Shown here piece by piece: positions 33,317-42,206 of a DNA stretch of 42,411 bases. Location of the stretch: IMG/VR virus record IMGVR_UViG_3300046778_000114, positions 1-42,411 of that record, one strand, 5' to 3'. The notes below the pieces were generated by a model. The model was not told the DNA's origin and searched no databases. It was given only the letters and a program-made list of their open reading frames with translations. Both the position numbers and the translations under genes were made by a program. The stretch's first letter is position 1. Each line of letters opens with the position of its first letter. Source of the DNA: a virus (taxonomy: Duplodnaviria; Caudoviricetes).

Positions 33317-34312
33317 TTAAATTACACGTGCTTCATCAGCGGCTAATGCATCAACCCTGCGAACAGGAATACCGTCGAACATTAGAACTTGTTTGCCGGA
33401 GAGGCCGTCGACAGTGAGGGTAGAGTTCTTTGTCGCGTTGATTTGCTGCCGGCGGAGCATTGATCTGATAGTCCGATTTACGTAAAATACAGGACGCCCA
33501 TTAAGACCTTGCAGCCGCTCAATAGCTTGAACCATAAGGTCGGAAATATCCGCGCCAGTCGCCGCAGTGTTCAAAAGGTTCGACTTATCAATGTTGGCGA
33601 TGCGAACTACGTAGCGCCAATCACGAACACTGAGACCGCAATCCCAACGGTAGTGAGAGCGATACGCTTCCATTCTTCCACCTTGGCCGTCAATGTCCTC
33701 GATAGTGACTTCGCCTTTGTCTTTTTGTTGTAGACCTGCTTGCGAGCCTTTAGGAATAATCCCGTGGCACTTGTCTGAGTCCCAAACAACAAGCCAGATA
33801 GAAGTGTTATCTGAACCTGTTCCACCAGCGTCGATAATATTCTGACCGTTTTCCGCTGAAAGAAGGTTAAAACGTGGCGTAAAGCCTGTGAAAGACTCTG
33901 GTGTAGTGATCTCGCTACCATAGAAAAGTGTGGTAGTCATCCGCTGCATCATACCTTCAATATGCGCTTTTTCTTCTGACATACGGAAAGCAACGGTGTT
34001 GCCGTTAAGATCAGCGAGGGCTTTATCGACCTCCGCGTAAGCCTCGAGCATACCAATGTTGTCAGTGATTTGGCGTGTTGTTGACTTTGTAGGTTGAACG
34101 CCGCCGTACATCTTGCGCCAAGTAGGAGCAGGAAGTCCTGTGCGAACTGTTGTGCGGTGACTTGTTACACCGTTAGCCTCGACCCAGGTCATATCTTCGA
34201 GAATGCCATTTTCCTGGTCGAGAAGTTCTACGATCCCGGCGATTTTGCCATCAGGATCTGTTCGCTTTGCGAGATCTAAAAGAGTTGGATTGGTAGTTGC
34301 TAGAACAGCCAT
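33317..34312 (-). CDS. Major capsid protein (BPP-1/epsilon15 type)
   Basis: PTLLDLAKR.DP, HRTTVRTGLP..TWR, TSIWLVVW, GLSVRDWRYVVRIANID, FDGIPVRRVDAL. Confidence 0.95.
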   Translation of the reverse strand: MAVLATTNPTLLDLAKRTDPDGKIAGIVELLDQENGILEDMTWVEANGVTSHRTTVRTGLPAPTWRKMYGGVQPTKSTTRQITDNIGMLEAYAEVDKALADLNGNTVAFRMSEEKAHIEGMMQRMTTTLFYGSEITTPESFTGFTPRFNLLSAENGQNIIDAGGTGSDNTSIWLVVWDSDKCHGIIPKGSQAGLQQKDKGEVTIEDIDGQGGRMEAYRSHYRWDCGLSVRDWRYVVRIANIDKSNLLNTAATGADISDLMVQAIERLQGLNGRPVFYVNRTIRSMLRRQQINATKNSTLTVDGLSGKQVLMFDGIPVRRVDALAADEARVI

Positions 34313-34315
34313 TGT

Positions 34316-34936
34316 TTATTTTCCTTGTGTTGGGAATAAGAGGGCGGCAATATCGGTGGGAGCGGAAGCAGAACTACCTAAAACAGGGGTTGGATCCGAA
34401 AACTCTTTGCCGACTTTAACCAGAAACTTGATAATCGCAGGATGGTTACCTGCACCGGTGTAGGAAAACGCCTCTTTAATAGCTTGTGCTTGAGGACCGC
34501 CGATGCGGTCGATAAGCTTGACTACGTGAGAGAGGTTTTCGTCTAACTGCTGGCCGCCGATTTCAGGGTCTTTTTTGACCTCGGCTTGCCAGCTCCCTTG
34601 CGTTTTTTCCCAAAGTTCGCTAGCCTGTTGAGACGCTTGCTTTGTAAGTTCCGCTTGAAGTCCAATTAGTTTCTCGGTCACATCGACGGGGAGTTTTGCC
34701 CCGTTAGTGATCTCGAGAAACTTTCCGAGGTTCTCTTCATTCGCGGTGAAGCCCTCAGGAAGTTTAAGGTCGGCTACAGCGAGCGGTGTGTACGCAACTT
34801 CTGGCGCTGCTGTAGCCTTAGTGTCTAGTAAACTCAGGGGGTTATTCGTCGTCTCCGTAGAGGGAGGGGTCGTATCCGTTGTTGTCGCCGGAACCTGTTC
34901 CATCGTTGTCGGGGCCGGTGCTTGCTCTTGTGTCAT
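34316..34936 (-). CDS. Capsid scaffolding protein
   Basis: Thr/Pro-rich N-terminus; W...VKKDPEIGG; TGAGNHPAIIKFLVKVGK; directly upstream of the capsid gene. Confidence 0.8.
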   Translation of the reverse strand: MTQEQAPAPTTMEQVPATTTDTTPPSTETTNNPLSLLDTKATAAPEVAYTPLAVADLKLPEGFTANEENLGKFLEITNGAKLPVDVTEKLIGLQAELTKQASQQASELWEKTQGSWQAEVKKDPEIGGQQLDENLSHVVKLIDRIGGPQAQAIKEAFSYTGAGNHPAIIKFLVKVGKEFSDPTPVLGSSASAPTDIAALLFPTQGK

Positions 34937-35219
34937 GTGCCTGTGCTCTTTCAGCTTGCATTCGAATGAACGCTAAAGGATCTGTTTGTGTTATTCGCGC
35001 AAGGGTTAGAAGGCCTACTTCCCTTTTACCTGCGTTGAAGGAAGAAAGTAGGGCGTTGGAGGAAAAAGACTGCTGAAAAGTTCCACTTATTTCCAGTACC
35101 CACCAAAGAAGAGCTCGGCCTTCTGGAGAAGAAAGTGCGGCGGAAATTCCGGCGGTTACCTTTGCCGCCTCGATAGCGGCCTCCCGTTTTGCCGCGCGTT
35201 CGGCTTTTATATCATTCAT
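34842..35219 (-). CDS. Bbp19-like conserved head-module protein
   Basis: LSSPEGRALLWWVLE..G.F..SF......FNAGKREVGL; GGAG RBS before 35219; acidic tail overlaps the scaffold gene by 95 nt. Confidence 0.8.
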   Translation of the reverse strand: MNDIKAERAAKREAAIEAAKVTAGISAALSSPEGRALLWWVLEISGTFQQSFSSNALLSSFNAGKREVGLLTLARITQTDPLAFIRMQAERAQAHDTRASTGPDNDGTGSGDNNGYDPSLYGDDE

Positions 35220-35256
35220 AACATACTCCGAAGGGGTTAGCAAGTGATTTATTTAG

Positions 35257-35289
35257 GTATGGCTCTTTGAACCATTACAGGAGCCATAC
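35257..35289 (-). promoter_or_regulatory. 33-bp dyad element, copy 3
   Basis: Minus strand reads GTATGG-CTC-CTGTAATGGTT-CAAAGAG-CCATAC, in the gap between portal and the head genes. Confidence 0.75.
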
Positions 35290-35296
35290 AGTACTA

Positions 35297-36952
35297 TTAC
35301 GCACCAAGAAGCATTTCCACTGCGTTTTGTCCCCCGCCGACTTCCGTCTTGGAAAGGTTTGCGCCTGCTTTTGCAAGAGCTTCGCCTTGTGCCGCGCCTT
35401 CTCTTTGTTGCTGAAGTTTGTCTTGGTTTTCTTTGTCTTGTTGCGCCGCTTCGCGAGATTTAATTGCACGAGCCGGTACACCGATATCCTCACAGTACAT
35501 GCGGAAAGCTTCCTCAGGATCGAGGACGTTAAGGACGCCAGGATAGACGGCGGAAAGATTGCCGGACAAACCGAAGGCGCGTTCAAGTGGGGCTACGCCT
35601 ACAGCTCGCTGAGCAGTTGAAAGGATCGAGACGTATTGGATCTCAACCTTCTTTCCAGCGAAACGTTCTGGGGCTGGAGGAAGAAGATCACCGCGCAGGG
35701 ATATGCTGAAGATGCGGTTGATTGCGGGGTCAAGGGCTTCGTTTTCAAATCGATTAAGGACTGATCCGAGAAGGACAAGTTTCTCTTGTTGCCGCGCGTC
35801 GATTTCGGTGGCGGATCGCACCGTGCTGAGCATGGAGATGTCACGGAAAAGTTGGTTGAAAAAGGTCTCGCGGATGCGGGTCTGCACATCGCGGATGTCG
35901 AGGGTCATCTCGCCAAGGGGAGGGTTTACGGTGTAGAGGGGTTTTGCCCCAGCTTCGTTTATATCCGCCGCAAAAGTTACGCCGCCTGGGAGAAGGGAAA
36001 GCGGCCGGTTCTGCATGTGGAGCGACGCGATCATCGGAGGAGACACGAGTTTGTCAAGGCTCTGCGCTTTCCGTTTTGTTTCCTGTTGGAGCTGGATGAT
36101 GTCGGCCAATGCATCGGAAGCAGGGCCAGTTCCGTAGGCGTCGTTGCCACAAAGTTCCCACCGAGGGAAAATGCCAGGAATTTCATCGAAACCTTTCCTG
36201 CGCAAAATCATTCCGCTGGTCTGGCCTTTTTCCCAGTAGACTTCCCGAAAAGCCCATCGATCAGGTAGAATACCGTCCTTACCTAAGTTAGGCTCGATTA
36301 AGTGGTGAATGATTACATCTTTTTGTCGCGCACCGCCTCCTTGTTTCCACAGATTACGAACCTGTTCAGAACAGTTTTCTTCCCCGAACTCACCTACGAC
36401 TTGGTGAACTTTGAGGCAAAAAGTACGGGCAAAGGTGTTAACGCTCTGGCCGAAATCTTGTCCAAGGTAGAACTCACCGAGGGCTGGGTTCGAACAGCGA
36501 ATTACGTTCTTGTAGTCCTCATAGATGATCATCGCCCCAGTTCCAAAGATCACGAGGTCGAGGTAAAGAACTGCTATAGCGTTGTAAAAGTTAGACTCGG
36601 CCATGATAAGAAGGATGCGGCGTTCGACTTCGTCTAGCCATATGCGGAGTTCGTGATCGGCTTCTTCTGCCCCCTGTACACGGAGCTTGAACCATGGACG
36701 GGCGGGAGAGGTTACGCCGTTCATCATGCCGGAAGCAAGAGTGCGGGCGGCGTTCGTGCCGGTGCTGTCGAGAATGTGGGCGTTTCGCGTGGCGCGTCTG
36801 GCTGCTTCCGTTTTTGAGAGTAGCCACGAATACCGACGGGGTAGAATGTAATCAGAAAGGTCACGCCAATGCTGCCACCAAGGAAGCCGATCGGCCTCTA
36901 AGGTGGAGATTGTCCCCAGCATTTTTTGGTGGGTTTCTACAGAGATCTTCAT
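35297..36952 (-). CDS. Portal (head-to-tail connector) protein
   Basis: DSTGTNAARTLASGMMNGVTSPARPWF, SNFY, YGTGP..DAL.D...LQ, RSATEI..R..EKL..LG.VL.R. Confidence 0.95.
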   Translation of the reverse strand: MKISVETHQKMLGTISTLEADRLPWWQHWRDLSDYILPRRYSWLLSKTEAARRATRNAHILDSTGTNAARTLASGMMNGVTSPARPWFKLRVQGAEEADHELRIWLDEVERRILLIMAESNFYNAIAVLYLDLVIFGTGAMIIYEDYKNVIRCSNPALGEFYLGQDFGQSVNTFARTFCLKVHQVVGEFGEENCSEQVRNLWKQGGGARQKDVIIHHLIEPNLGKDGILPDRWAFREVYWEKGQTSGMILRRKGFDEIPGIFPRWELCGNDAYGTGPASDALADIIQLQQETKRKAQSLDKLVSPPMIASLHMQNRPLSLLPGGVTFAADINEAGAKPLYTVNPPLGEMTLDIRDVQTRIRETFFNQLFRDISMLSTVRSATEIDARQQEKLVLLGSVLNRFENEALDPAINRIFSISLRGDLLPPAPERFAGKKVEIQYVSILSTAQRAVGVAPLERAFGLSGNLSAVYPGVLNVLDPEEAFRMYCEDIGVPARAIKSREAAQQDKENQDKLQQQREGAAQGEALAKAGANLSKTEVGGGQNAVEMLLGA

Positions 36953-37149
36953 TAGTTACCCCCGATCAAAGAGGTCTTGGCTGTTGCTGCTTTTCTTGTC
37001 AAGCCTTGTGGGGTTGTGGAGATAAGGGAAGTAAGGCCGCCCCGTTGCATCTGTCCTGCTTGTACGACAGAAGCATCTGCGGCAGTCGGGGCTGTAGGAG
37101 GCGGTGGCGGGGCTACAGGCGGCTTTGGTTTTGGCATCAAGGAACTCAT
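36952..37149 (-). CDS. Small Pro-rich protein between terminase and portal
   Basis: PKPKPPVAPPPPPTAP...SLISTTPQGL...KTSLIG; ATGA and TAATG coupling; usual position in this phage type. Confidence 0.75.
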   Translation of the reverse strand: MSSLMPKPKPPVAPPPPPTAPTAADASVVQAGQMQRGGLTSLISTTPQGLTRKAATAKTSLIGGN

Positions 37150-38663
37150 GCGCTTAATCTTTCTCTAGCAAGGGGGTCGTATTCGGTTTCAGGTTTTGTT
37201 TCTTCTGGAACAGGGGAACCAGGAAGGACTTCGTAAGAGGGAAAAGCGAAGGTACACGCGAGGGCATCTGCTACGTTCGGGGAAGGAACTCCACGACTTC
37301 GCATGTCTTTCTTGGCCTCGAGGAGGATTTCTTCTTTATTGTTGAGGCCGTAGTTCGGACCAATTAGTTCGTCCTCGAGAGTGCAATGTTCGCCGGTCTT
37401 AAGGGAAGGGATCGAGCCGGTGGCGAGCCAGTCTCGCATTAAGCCCCAGATCTCGGCCCTCTTGTTCGCGTACTTAACGCCTTTCGCGTCGAGGGTTTTT
37501 GAGCCAGAACCAAAGTCTACTGAGTGGACGGGAATGCGGAGCTGTTCAAGCCGATCCACTACACCACCACCTACGCCGCCGGAGTCAACGAAACATATTG
37601 CGGCACGAAGGCGAAGGAACTCACTAGCGACCTTAGCAGCGAGTTCCATTGTGGACAGGCCCTGAAGGATAAGCGGCGGGCGAGAAAAAGCGTCGCGCCC
37701 TTGTCGAGGATAGATGACCGAGGGATCGTCCCCGAAGCGGCCCACGTCTACGCCGAGGACAATTGCACAACCTGTTTGCGGAAGGATCTCGCGGTTAAGT
37801 GCGCCGCGAGCAAGGTCAAAGGGGATGAAGGAGGAAGCGTCTACGCGAGGGAAGATACCTCGAACACGGATGCGAACAAAGTCGGAGTCCTCGCCGTAAT
37901 CGGCGATCCAGCGGGCGATCTGTTCTTTGTTTGTAAACCGTACCTCGCGAGAGTCAATCGCGGCATATTGCCAGCGGTGGGAAAATCGGCCGCCTGCAAA
38001 ACACTCACGGAAGCGCCCTTTGTTACGAGTCGGGTTTCCAAAGCAAAGCCAAATGATCTGAGTGTTTTCATCCGTAAGTGCGCCCTCGGTTACCTCCCAG
38101 ATAACGTCGGGGATCGCAGAGGCTTCATCGAAGATGATAAGAATGCGTTTGCCTTCGTTGTGTAGGCCTGCGAACGCTTCCGTATTTCGTTCACTCCAAG
38201 GAACCATGTCAATCCGCCAGGTTTTTTCATGGAGAGGATCTACGGAAAAAATAGAGGTGGCGGTGAATTTAAAAAGCTCTCGGCCGATAAATCGGCGATG
38301 CCACTTAGCAACCTCTGCCCAGGTTTTTGTCTTCAACTGGTTCTCTGTGTTCGCGGTTATGACCCCCTTGGTGTCCTCGAATGTGGAGATAGCCCACCAA
38401 ATGATGATTGCAACAAGGGCGGATTTGCCGATCCCGTGGCCGGAGGTACGGGCGATCTGGATTGGTTCTACGGACTGGGCGGTGAAGATGGCCTCTTGAA
38501 TGGAGATGATCCCGCGCCCGAGATCGATTAGAAGTTCTTCTTGCCAGGGCGCGAGCGTGTCGTGTTTCGAAAGTTCCCCCTCGCCCCAAGGAAACGCATA
38601 GTATGCGAAGCCGAGAGGGTCGGAAGAAAACGAAGCAAGTTCGACGATAAGGTCTTGTAACAT
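37146..38663 (-). CDS. terL: Terminase large subunit
   Basis: APWQ, SGHGIGKS (Walker A), IIFDEAS (Walker B), FGNPTR coupling motif, GVDVGRFGDD and SPNVADALA nuclease motifs. Confidence 0.96.
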   Translation of the reverse strand: MLQDLIVELASFSSDPLGFAYYAFPWGEGELSKHDTLAPWQEELLIDLGRGIISIQEAIFTAQSVEPIQIARTSGHGIGKSALVAIIIWWAISTFEDTKGVITANTENQLKTKTWAEVAKWHRRFIGRELFKFTATSIFSVDPLHEKTWRIDMVPWSERNTEAFAGLHNEGKRILIIFDEASAIPDVIWEVTEGALTDENTQIIWLCFGNPTRNKGRFRECFAGGRFSHRWQYAAIDSREVRFTNKEQIARWIADYGEDSDFVRIRVRGIFPRVDASSFIPFDLARGALNREILPQTGCAIVLGVDVGRFGDDPSVIYPRQGRDAFSRPPLILQGLSTMELAAKVASEFLRLRAAICFVDSGGVGGGVVDRLEQLRIPVHSVDFGSGSKTLDAKGVKYANKRAEIWGLMRDWLATGSIPSLKTGEHCTLEDELIGPNYGLNNKEEILLEAKKDMRSRGVPSPNVADALACTFAFPSYEVLPGSPVPEETKPETEYDPLARERLSA

Positions 38664-38666
38664 TTT

Positions 38667-39089
38667 TTACCCTCCCGCCTTGAGTTTTACGGCGCTTTTA
38701 ATTGCGGTCCAGACAGTATTCCAGAAATCTTCCTTCGCTGTGAAGTAAGGGGCGCCGAAAGTTATTAGAAGAATTGTGACAAAAGTACCAGCGGTCACGA
38801 CTATGGTATCAATAGTTTTCTCTGTTTTAGATTTAGAACTCACTGCAAGGTTTACTAAAACAGTTATTTCTTTAACTAGTTCTTCTAAGTGTTGAACTCT
38901 TTCTTGTGTCTTACCTGTTACACCTTTGAAGTGGTCGAAACTAGAATGAACTGTTTCGCGCATTTCTACGTGCCAAGCGTTGACGGAAGTTTTTACTTCA
39001 GTAACTTCACGGGCAAGGCTGTGTAGTTCTTTCCCGTGTTCGTCTAGTCGGCGGAGAAAATCCCCGAGATAAACCTGCTCTGCTTGCAT
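38667..39089 (-). CDS. Putative holin or other lysis-associated membrane protein
   Basis: Coiled-coil N-terminus and one C-terminal TM segment (IVVTAGTFVTILLITFGAPYF); follows the endolysin. Confidence 0.5.
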   Translation of the reverse strand: MQAEQVYLGDFLRRLDEHGKELHSLAREVTEVKTSVNAWHVEMRETVHSSFDHFKGVTGKTQERVQHLEELVKEITVLVNLAVSSKSKTEKTIDTIVVTAGTFVTILLITFGAPYFTAKEDFWNTVWTAIKSAVKLKAGG

Positions 39090-39090
39090 T

Positions 39091-39912
39091 TTAGTTCCCT
39101 AATTCTTTTTCTGCCTTCTTTTTCCGGAGGGTGGCGAAGTAACGCCAAGCTATTCCGCCAACGGTGAGGGCTACGCCAGTGACAGTTAACCCTGCAATAA
39201 AGGTGTCGATGGAAGGGGACGTGCCGGCAAGGGGAGTAAGGGAATTTACCGCCTGTGAAATTGTAACAGTGGCTACACCCGCACCGCTAACCGCATCGGA
39301 AGGGGCGACGGAAGGAAGAGGGGCGGCCTCGGTAGGATTTGCTTTACGTGCCCCCTGTTCGTTCCAGCGGGGTTCGTTAATCGTTCTTGCTCCACTCGCT
39401 TGTTGTTGTGCAACGGTAAGGACGTTAAGAACGCGGGACATCCAGCCTTTGCCGAAAGTAGGCCATGTGCTGAGGCGCTTAAGGAATGCTAAGCGTTTGT
39501 CGATGTAGATTTTGATTAGTAGATCGTGGTTAGGGTAGGAAGTAACGGCGGCGAGGGTTATAGCCCCTATTTGCCCATCGACAGTGACGTTAACAGTCTG
39601 TTGAAGAAAACGAATGGCGCGGTTTGTTCCGGAGTTTACAGAGAAGTCAAACACTGCGTAGTCGATCCCGAGAGGAAGGTTGTCGCCGCGAACTGCGTCC
39701 CAGTATTGTTTTTTGTAAATGTCCTCTATTTCAGTGGTTTGAATGTGCTGAACAGACTGAGTAGGGAGACTTTTCCCTTTGCGATAGCCGTCGTAAACGC
39801 GCTGCGTCACGCCTTTGTTTGTTGGGCCTCCAGGATCCCGAGGATGATTTACGTATCCTCCCTCGTGGAGGAGAACGCGGCGAAGGCTGTCTTTAAAATT
39901 ACTGGCTACCAT
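39091..39912 (-). CDS. Endolysin, glycoside hydrolase family 108 with PG-binding domain and hydrophobic C-terminal tail
   Basis: HEGGYVNHPRDPGGPTNKGVT, FDFSVNSG, LQQ...VTVDGQIGAITL, FGKGWMSRV; AAGGA RBS before 39912. Confidence 0.92.
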   Translation of the reverse strand: MVASNFKDSLRRVLLHEGGYVNHPRDPGGPTNKGVTQRVYDGYRKGKSLPTQSVQHIQTTEIEDIYKKQYWDAVRGDNLPLGIDYAVFDFSVNSGTNRAIRFLQQTVNVTVDGQIGAITLAAVTSYPNHDLLIKIYIDKRLAFLKRLSTWPTFGKGWMSRVLNVLTVAQQQASGARTINEPRWNEQGARKANPTEAAPLPSVAPSDAVSGAGVATVTISQAVNSLTPLAGTSPSIDTFIAGLTVTGVALTVGGIAWRYFATLRKKKAEKELGN

Positions 39913-39926
39913 CTTTATGTTCCTTA

Positions 39927-41342
39927 TTATTGCCACGCTGTGCGCGGGTCAGGGATTTTGAAAACGCCCATTCGGGAAAGCTTGACTACGAAAGTGCCGG
40001 AAGTAGCCGGCCACGAAATCACGAGGTTTGCACGGAGGCGGGCGATTGTGAAACCAGAGGGGACGAGGGCAGGACAACCGACGAGGAGGAAACGAGAGGA
40101 AGGAGAGCCGAGTTCCGGCCCTTGTGCGCGAAGGAAGTCAGGAGAATACACCTGAAACGCGTTGGATGCGGCGCGAACTGTACTCGTCCCCTCCGTAACC
40201 CGTCCTTGAAGCTGTATCTGTGTCCAGCGCCCGAGGCCGTCGTCTTCGATCTCGCAAAACGCTTGATACCAGTCGCCAGCTGCGAGGGCAGGGGATAAAA
40301 TCTGGGACTCGAAAGTGATTGAACCAGAAACGTTGTTTGGGGTGATAGTGAATACTTGTTTTTCTTCTGAACCAGAGACGACCTCTTTCGAAGCAACAGT
40401 GCGATCAGCGGTTGCGGCAGCACCAGCAAGTGAACCGTTTGTGCAAACAACCCCTGAAATTGTTACTCCAGCACCTGTGCTAAGCGCCCCTCCTGCGCCG
40501 AGCATCCCCGGCTGCATTGTGAGGAGGGAAGTTCCGGCCCGAACTGTGGCGAAGATGTCGGTAGAAGGGAGGATGGCGGAGATGGCAGTGTCGAGGGTAA
40601 GGGAGGCTTTCCACGCGCCGTAGGCGGAGAAGTGAACCGTGTCGGACTGGAAGCAGTTTGTGTTTATTGTGCCGTCCCCGTTTTCACAAGCAGCTGCGCG
40701 ATCCCACGCGAACACGCGATTAGCTGGGTTGTGCATAGCGAGAATACCTGTGTTCACGGCGCGGCGTAGAAGGTCGGATGTGCTGTCTTTCGCATACGTC
40801 CCGCTTATAGGGATCGTGGCGATGATGACGGCAGAGCCTCCTGCGCGAAGTACAGCAACGCCGGAGTCAAGTGCGGTTAAGAGGTAAGCGGTGTTTGCGG
40901 CAAGAAAAGCAGGGTCGGTTGAGAGACCTGGTTGGAGATCGTCTTTGCTGAGGATGTTGTTTGTGCCGGCGGCGTAAATGACGACTGCAGGGCGGCGGCT
41001 GACTACGTCAGGAATAAAACTGTTGATGCCGGCGAAACCAGGGCTCGGGCCGATGCACTGACTACCGCGCCCGAAGTTTGAACCGTATGCGCCGTTGAAA
41101 GGGGCTGAAGCATTATTCCATGTATTCTCATTAAAACTTCTGAGACGCCCAAGAGAATAACCAAGTACATCAAACCCAGTGCGGATTTTCAGCGCAGGGC
41201 TGGACCCGACAAAAGTCTGCGTTGCATTGGCGACAAGGCTATCGCCGAGGGCCGCGACTCGAGGAACCGCTTCCGTCGCGCCTGCGCCGGTTATTACCCC
41301 CGCGTCGAGGGTAGAGTAGATGTGAGTGTACGCGCCCGTCAT
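39927..41342 (-). CDS. SGNH/GDSL esterase with a beta-rich C-terminal domain; probably a virion polysaccharide deacetylase
   Basis: Block I LGDS, block II NFGRGS, block III AGTNN, block V DTVH; start at 41342 after a GGAG RBS. Confidence 0.8.
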   Translation of the reverse strand: MTGAYTHIYSTLDAGVITGAGATEAVPRVAALGDSLVANATQTFVGSSPALKIRTGFDVLGYSLGRLRSFNENTWNNASAPFNGAYGSNFGRGSQCIGPSPGFAGINSFIPDVVSRRPAVVIYAAGTNNILSKDDLQPGLSTDPAFLAANTAYLLTALDSGVAVLRAGGSAVIIATIPISGTYAKDSTSDLLRRAVNTGILAMHNPANRVFAWDRAAACENGDGTINTNCFQSDTVHFSAYGAWKASLTLDTAISAILPSTDIFATVRAGTSLLTMQPGMLGAGGALSTGAGVTISGVVCTNGSLAGAAATADRTVASKEVVSGSEEKQVFTITPNNVSGSITFESQILSPALAAGDWYQAFCEIEDDGLGRWTQIQLQGRVTEGTSTVRAASNAFQVYSPDFLRAQGPELGSPSSRFLLVGCPALVPSGFTIARLRANLVISWPATSGTFVVKLSRMGVFKIPDPRTAWQ

Positions 41343-41632
41343 GTTATGAACTCCAAGCGGGAAGTGATAGAGGGGCTTGTGCCGCCGAGAACTCGGGCGC
41401 GAACGCACTTTCCCTGCTCGATTAGGATCGGGACACGGGAGGTGACGGAAGAAAACACGACCGTCTGCCATGTTACGCCATCCGCGCCGAGGACTTCGAA
41501 GTAAACAATAGAGCCGCCGAACGTTCCTTCGGTTACCCAAGCGTAGATACCTGGGGTGAGGATAGTGACGAGGGAACCTGTGCCGGATGCGTTCTGAAGA
41601 AGTACGCGGGTGAGGTTAGTGAGGGAGGTCAT
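41339..41632 (-). CDS. Small beta-strand-rich protein coupled to the SGNH gene
   Basis: GTFGGSIVYFEVLGADGVTWQ...VRARVLGGTSPSI; ATGA overlap with the esterase. Confidence 0.7.
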   Translation of the reverse strand: MTSLTNLTRVLLQNASGTGSLVTILTPGIYAWVTEGTFGGSIVYFEVLGADGVTWQTVVFSSVTSRVPILIEQGKCVRARVLGGTSPSITSRLEFIT

Positions 41633-42206
41633 CTGAAGAACTTTCCTGCAAAGGGGTGACGTTGATTGTGCGACGACGCGCCTCGACACGTTCACGGGCG
41701 GCTTGCATACCAGAGGCGAGGTTAACGTTAATGTTGTGGTCTTGGGAACTCTTCGGACCGAACCCTGTGCGATCCGCGCCCATCTTAGTGATCTCGAGAA
41801 GCTGGCCTACCGTGATTTCATCAGGGTTGTCTTCGAGCCGTTCGCGTAAGACGAGGGTAGCGTCGAGGGAAAGTCCGGCAAGGGTTGAATGCATGTCTGA
41901 GTAGGCGATGTTTACTTTTTCTCTGTAGAACTCGACAAGGGAGATGAAAGCGGGGTCGGATTTTAATACGCTCACGCGGGAATTGCAGAGGCCGACGACG
42001 ATAGCGGCTTCTCCAGGGGGAGTTCCTTGAGCAAGAAGTCGTGCGAGGGAGTGGTGACGTTCGCCGAGGCGTTTGATTGGGATTGCTTCTGTCCCCCGCT
42101 CGGTGGAAAGCAGGGCGAGGTCGGATGTATCGAGTTCGCGTAACTCCACGGCCACAAGGGGTTTTGCTGCGCGTCCTGAAAGGCGGAAGGGAAGATCAAG
42201 GTTCAT
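41616..42206 (-). CDS. Probable terminase small subunit (HTH)
   Basis: HTH-like RHHSLARLLAQG..PGEAAIVVG...SRVSVLKSDPAF, helical core, DRTGFGP...HNINVNL tail; first gene of the late arm; start uncertain. Confidence 0.6.
   Translation of the reverse strand: MNLDLPFRLSGRAAKPLVAVELRELDTSDLALLSTERGTEAIPIKRLGERHHSLARLLAQGTPPGEAAIVVGLCNSRVSVLKSDPAFISLVEFYREKVNIAYSDMHSTLAGLSLDATLVLRERLEDNPDEITVGQLLEITKMGADRTGFGPKSSQDHNINVNLASGMQAARERVEARRRTINVTPLQESSSDDLPH

Noticed and set aside
34842-34936. 95-nt overlap between the Bbp19-like gene and the scaffold gene as a programmed frameshift
   Set aside because: No slippery sequence is evident, and both overlapping segments are low-complexity tails that tolerate dual coding.
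18661-36952. BPP-1-like structural genes suggesting a diversity-generating retroelement
   Set aside because: No reverse transcriptase motifs and no template/variable repeat pair were seen near the fibre genes.
22737-40623. Long + strand ORFs within the late arm (e.g. 22737-23543, 26703-27434, 37524-38165, 39526-40155)
   Set aside because: They are antisense shadows of well-supported structural genes, with no recognisable motifs.
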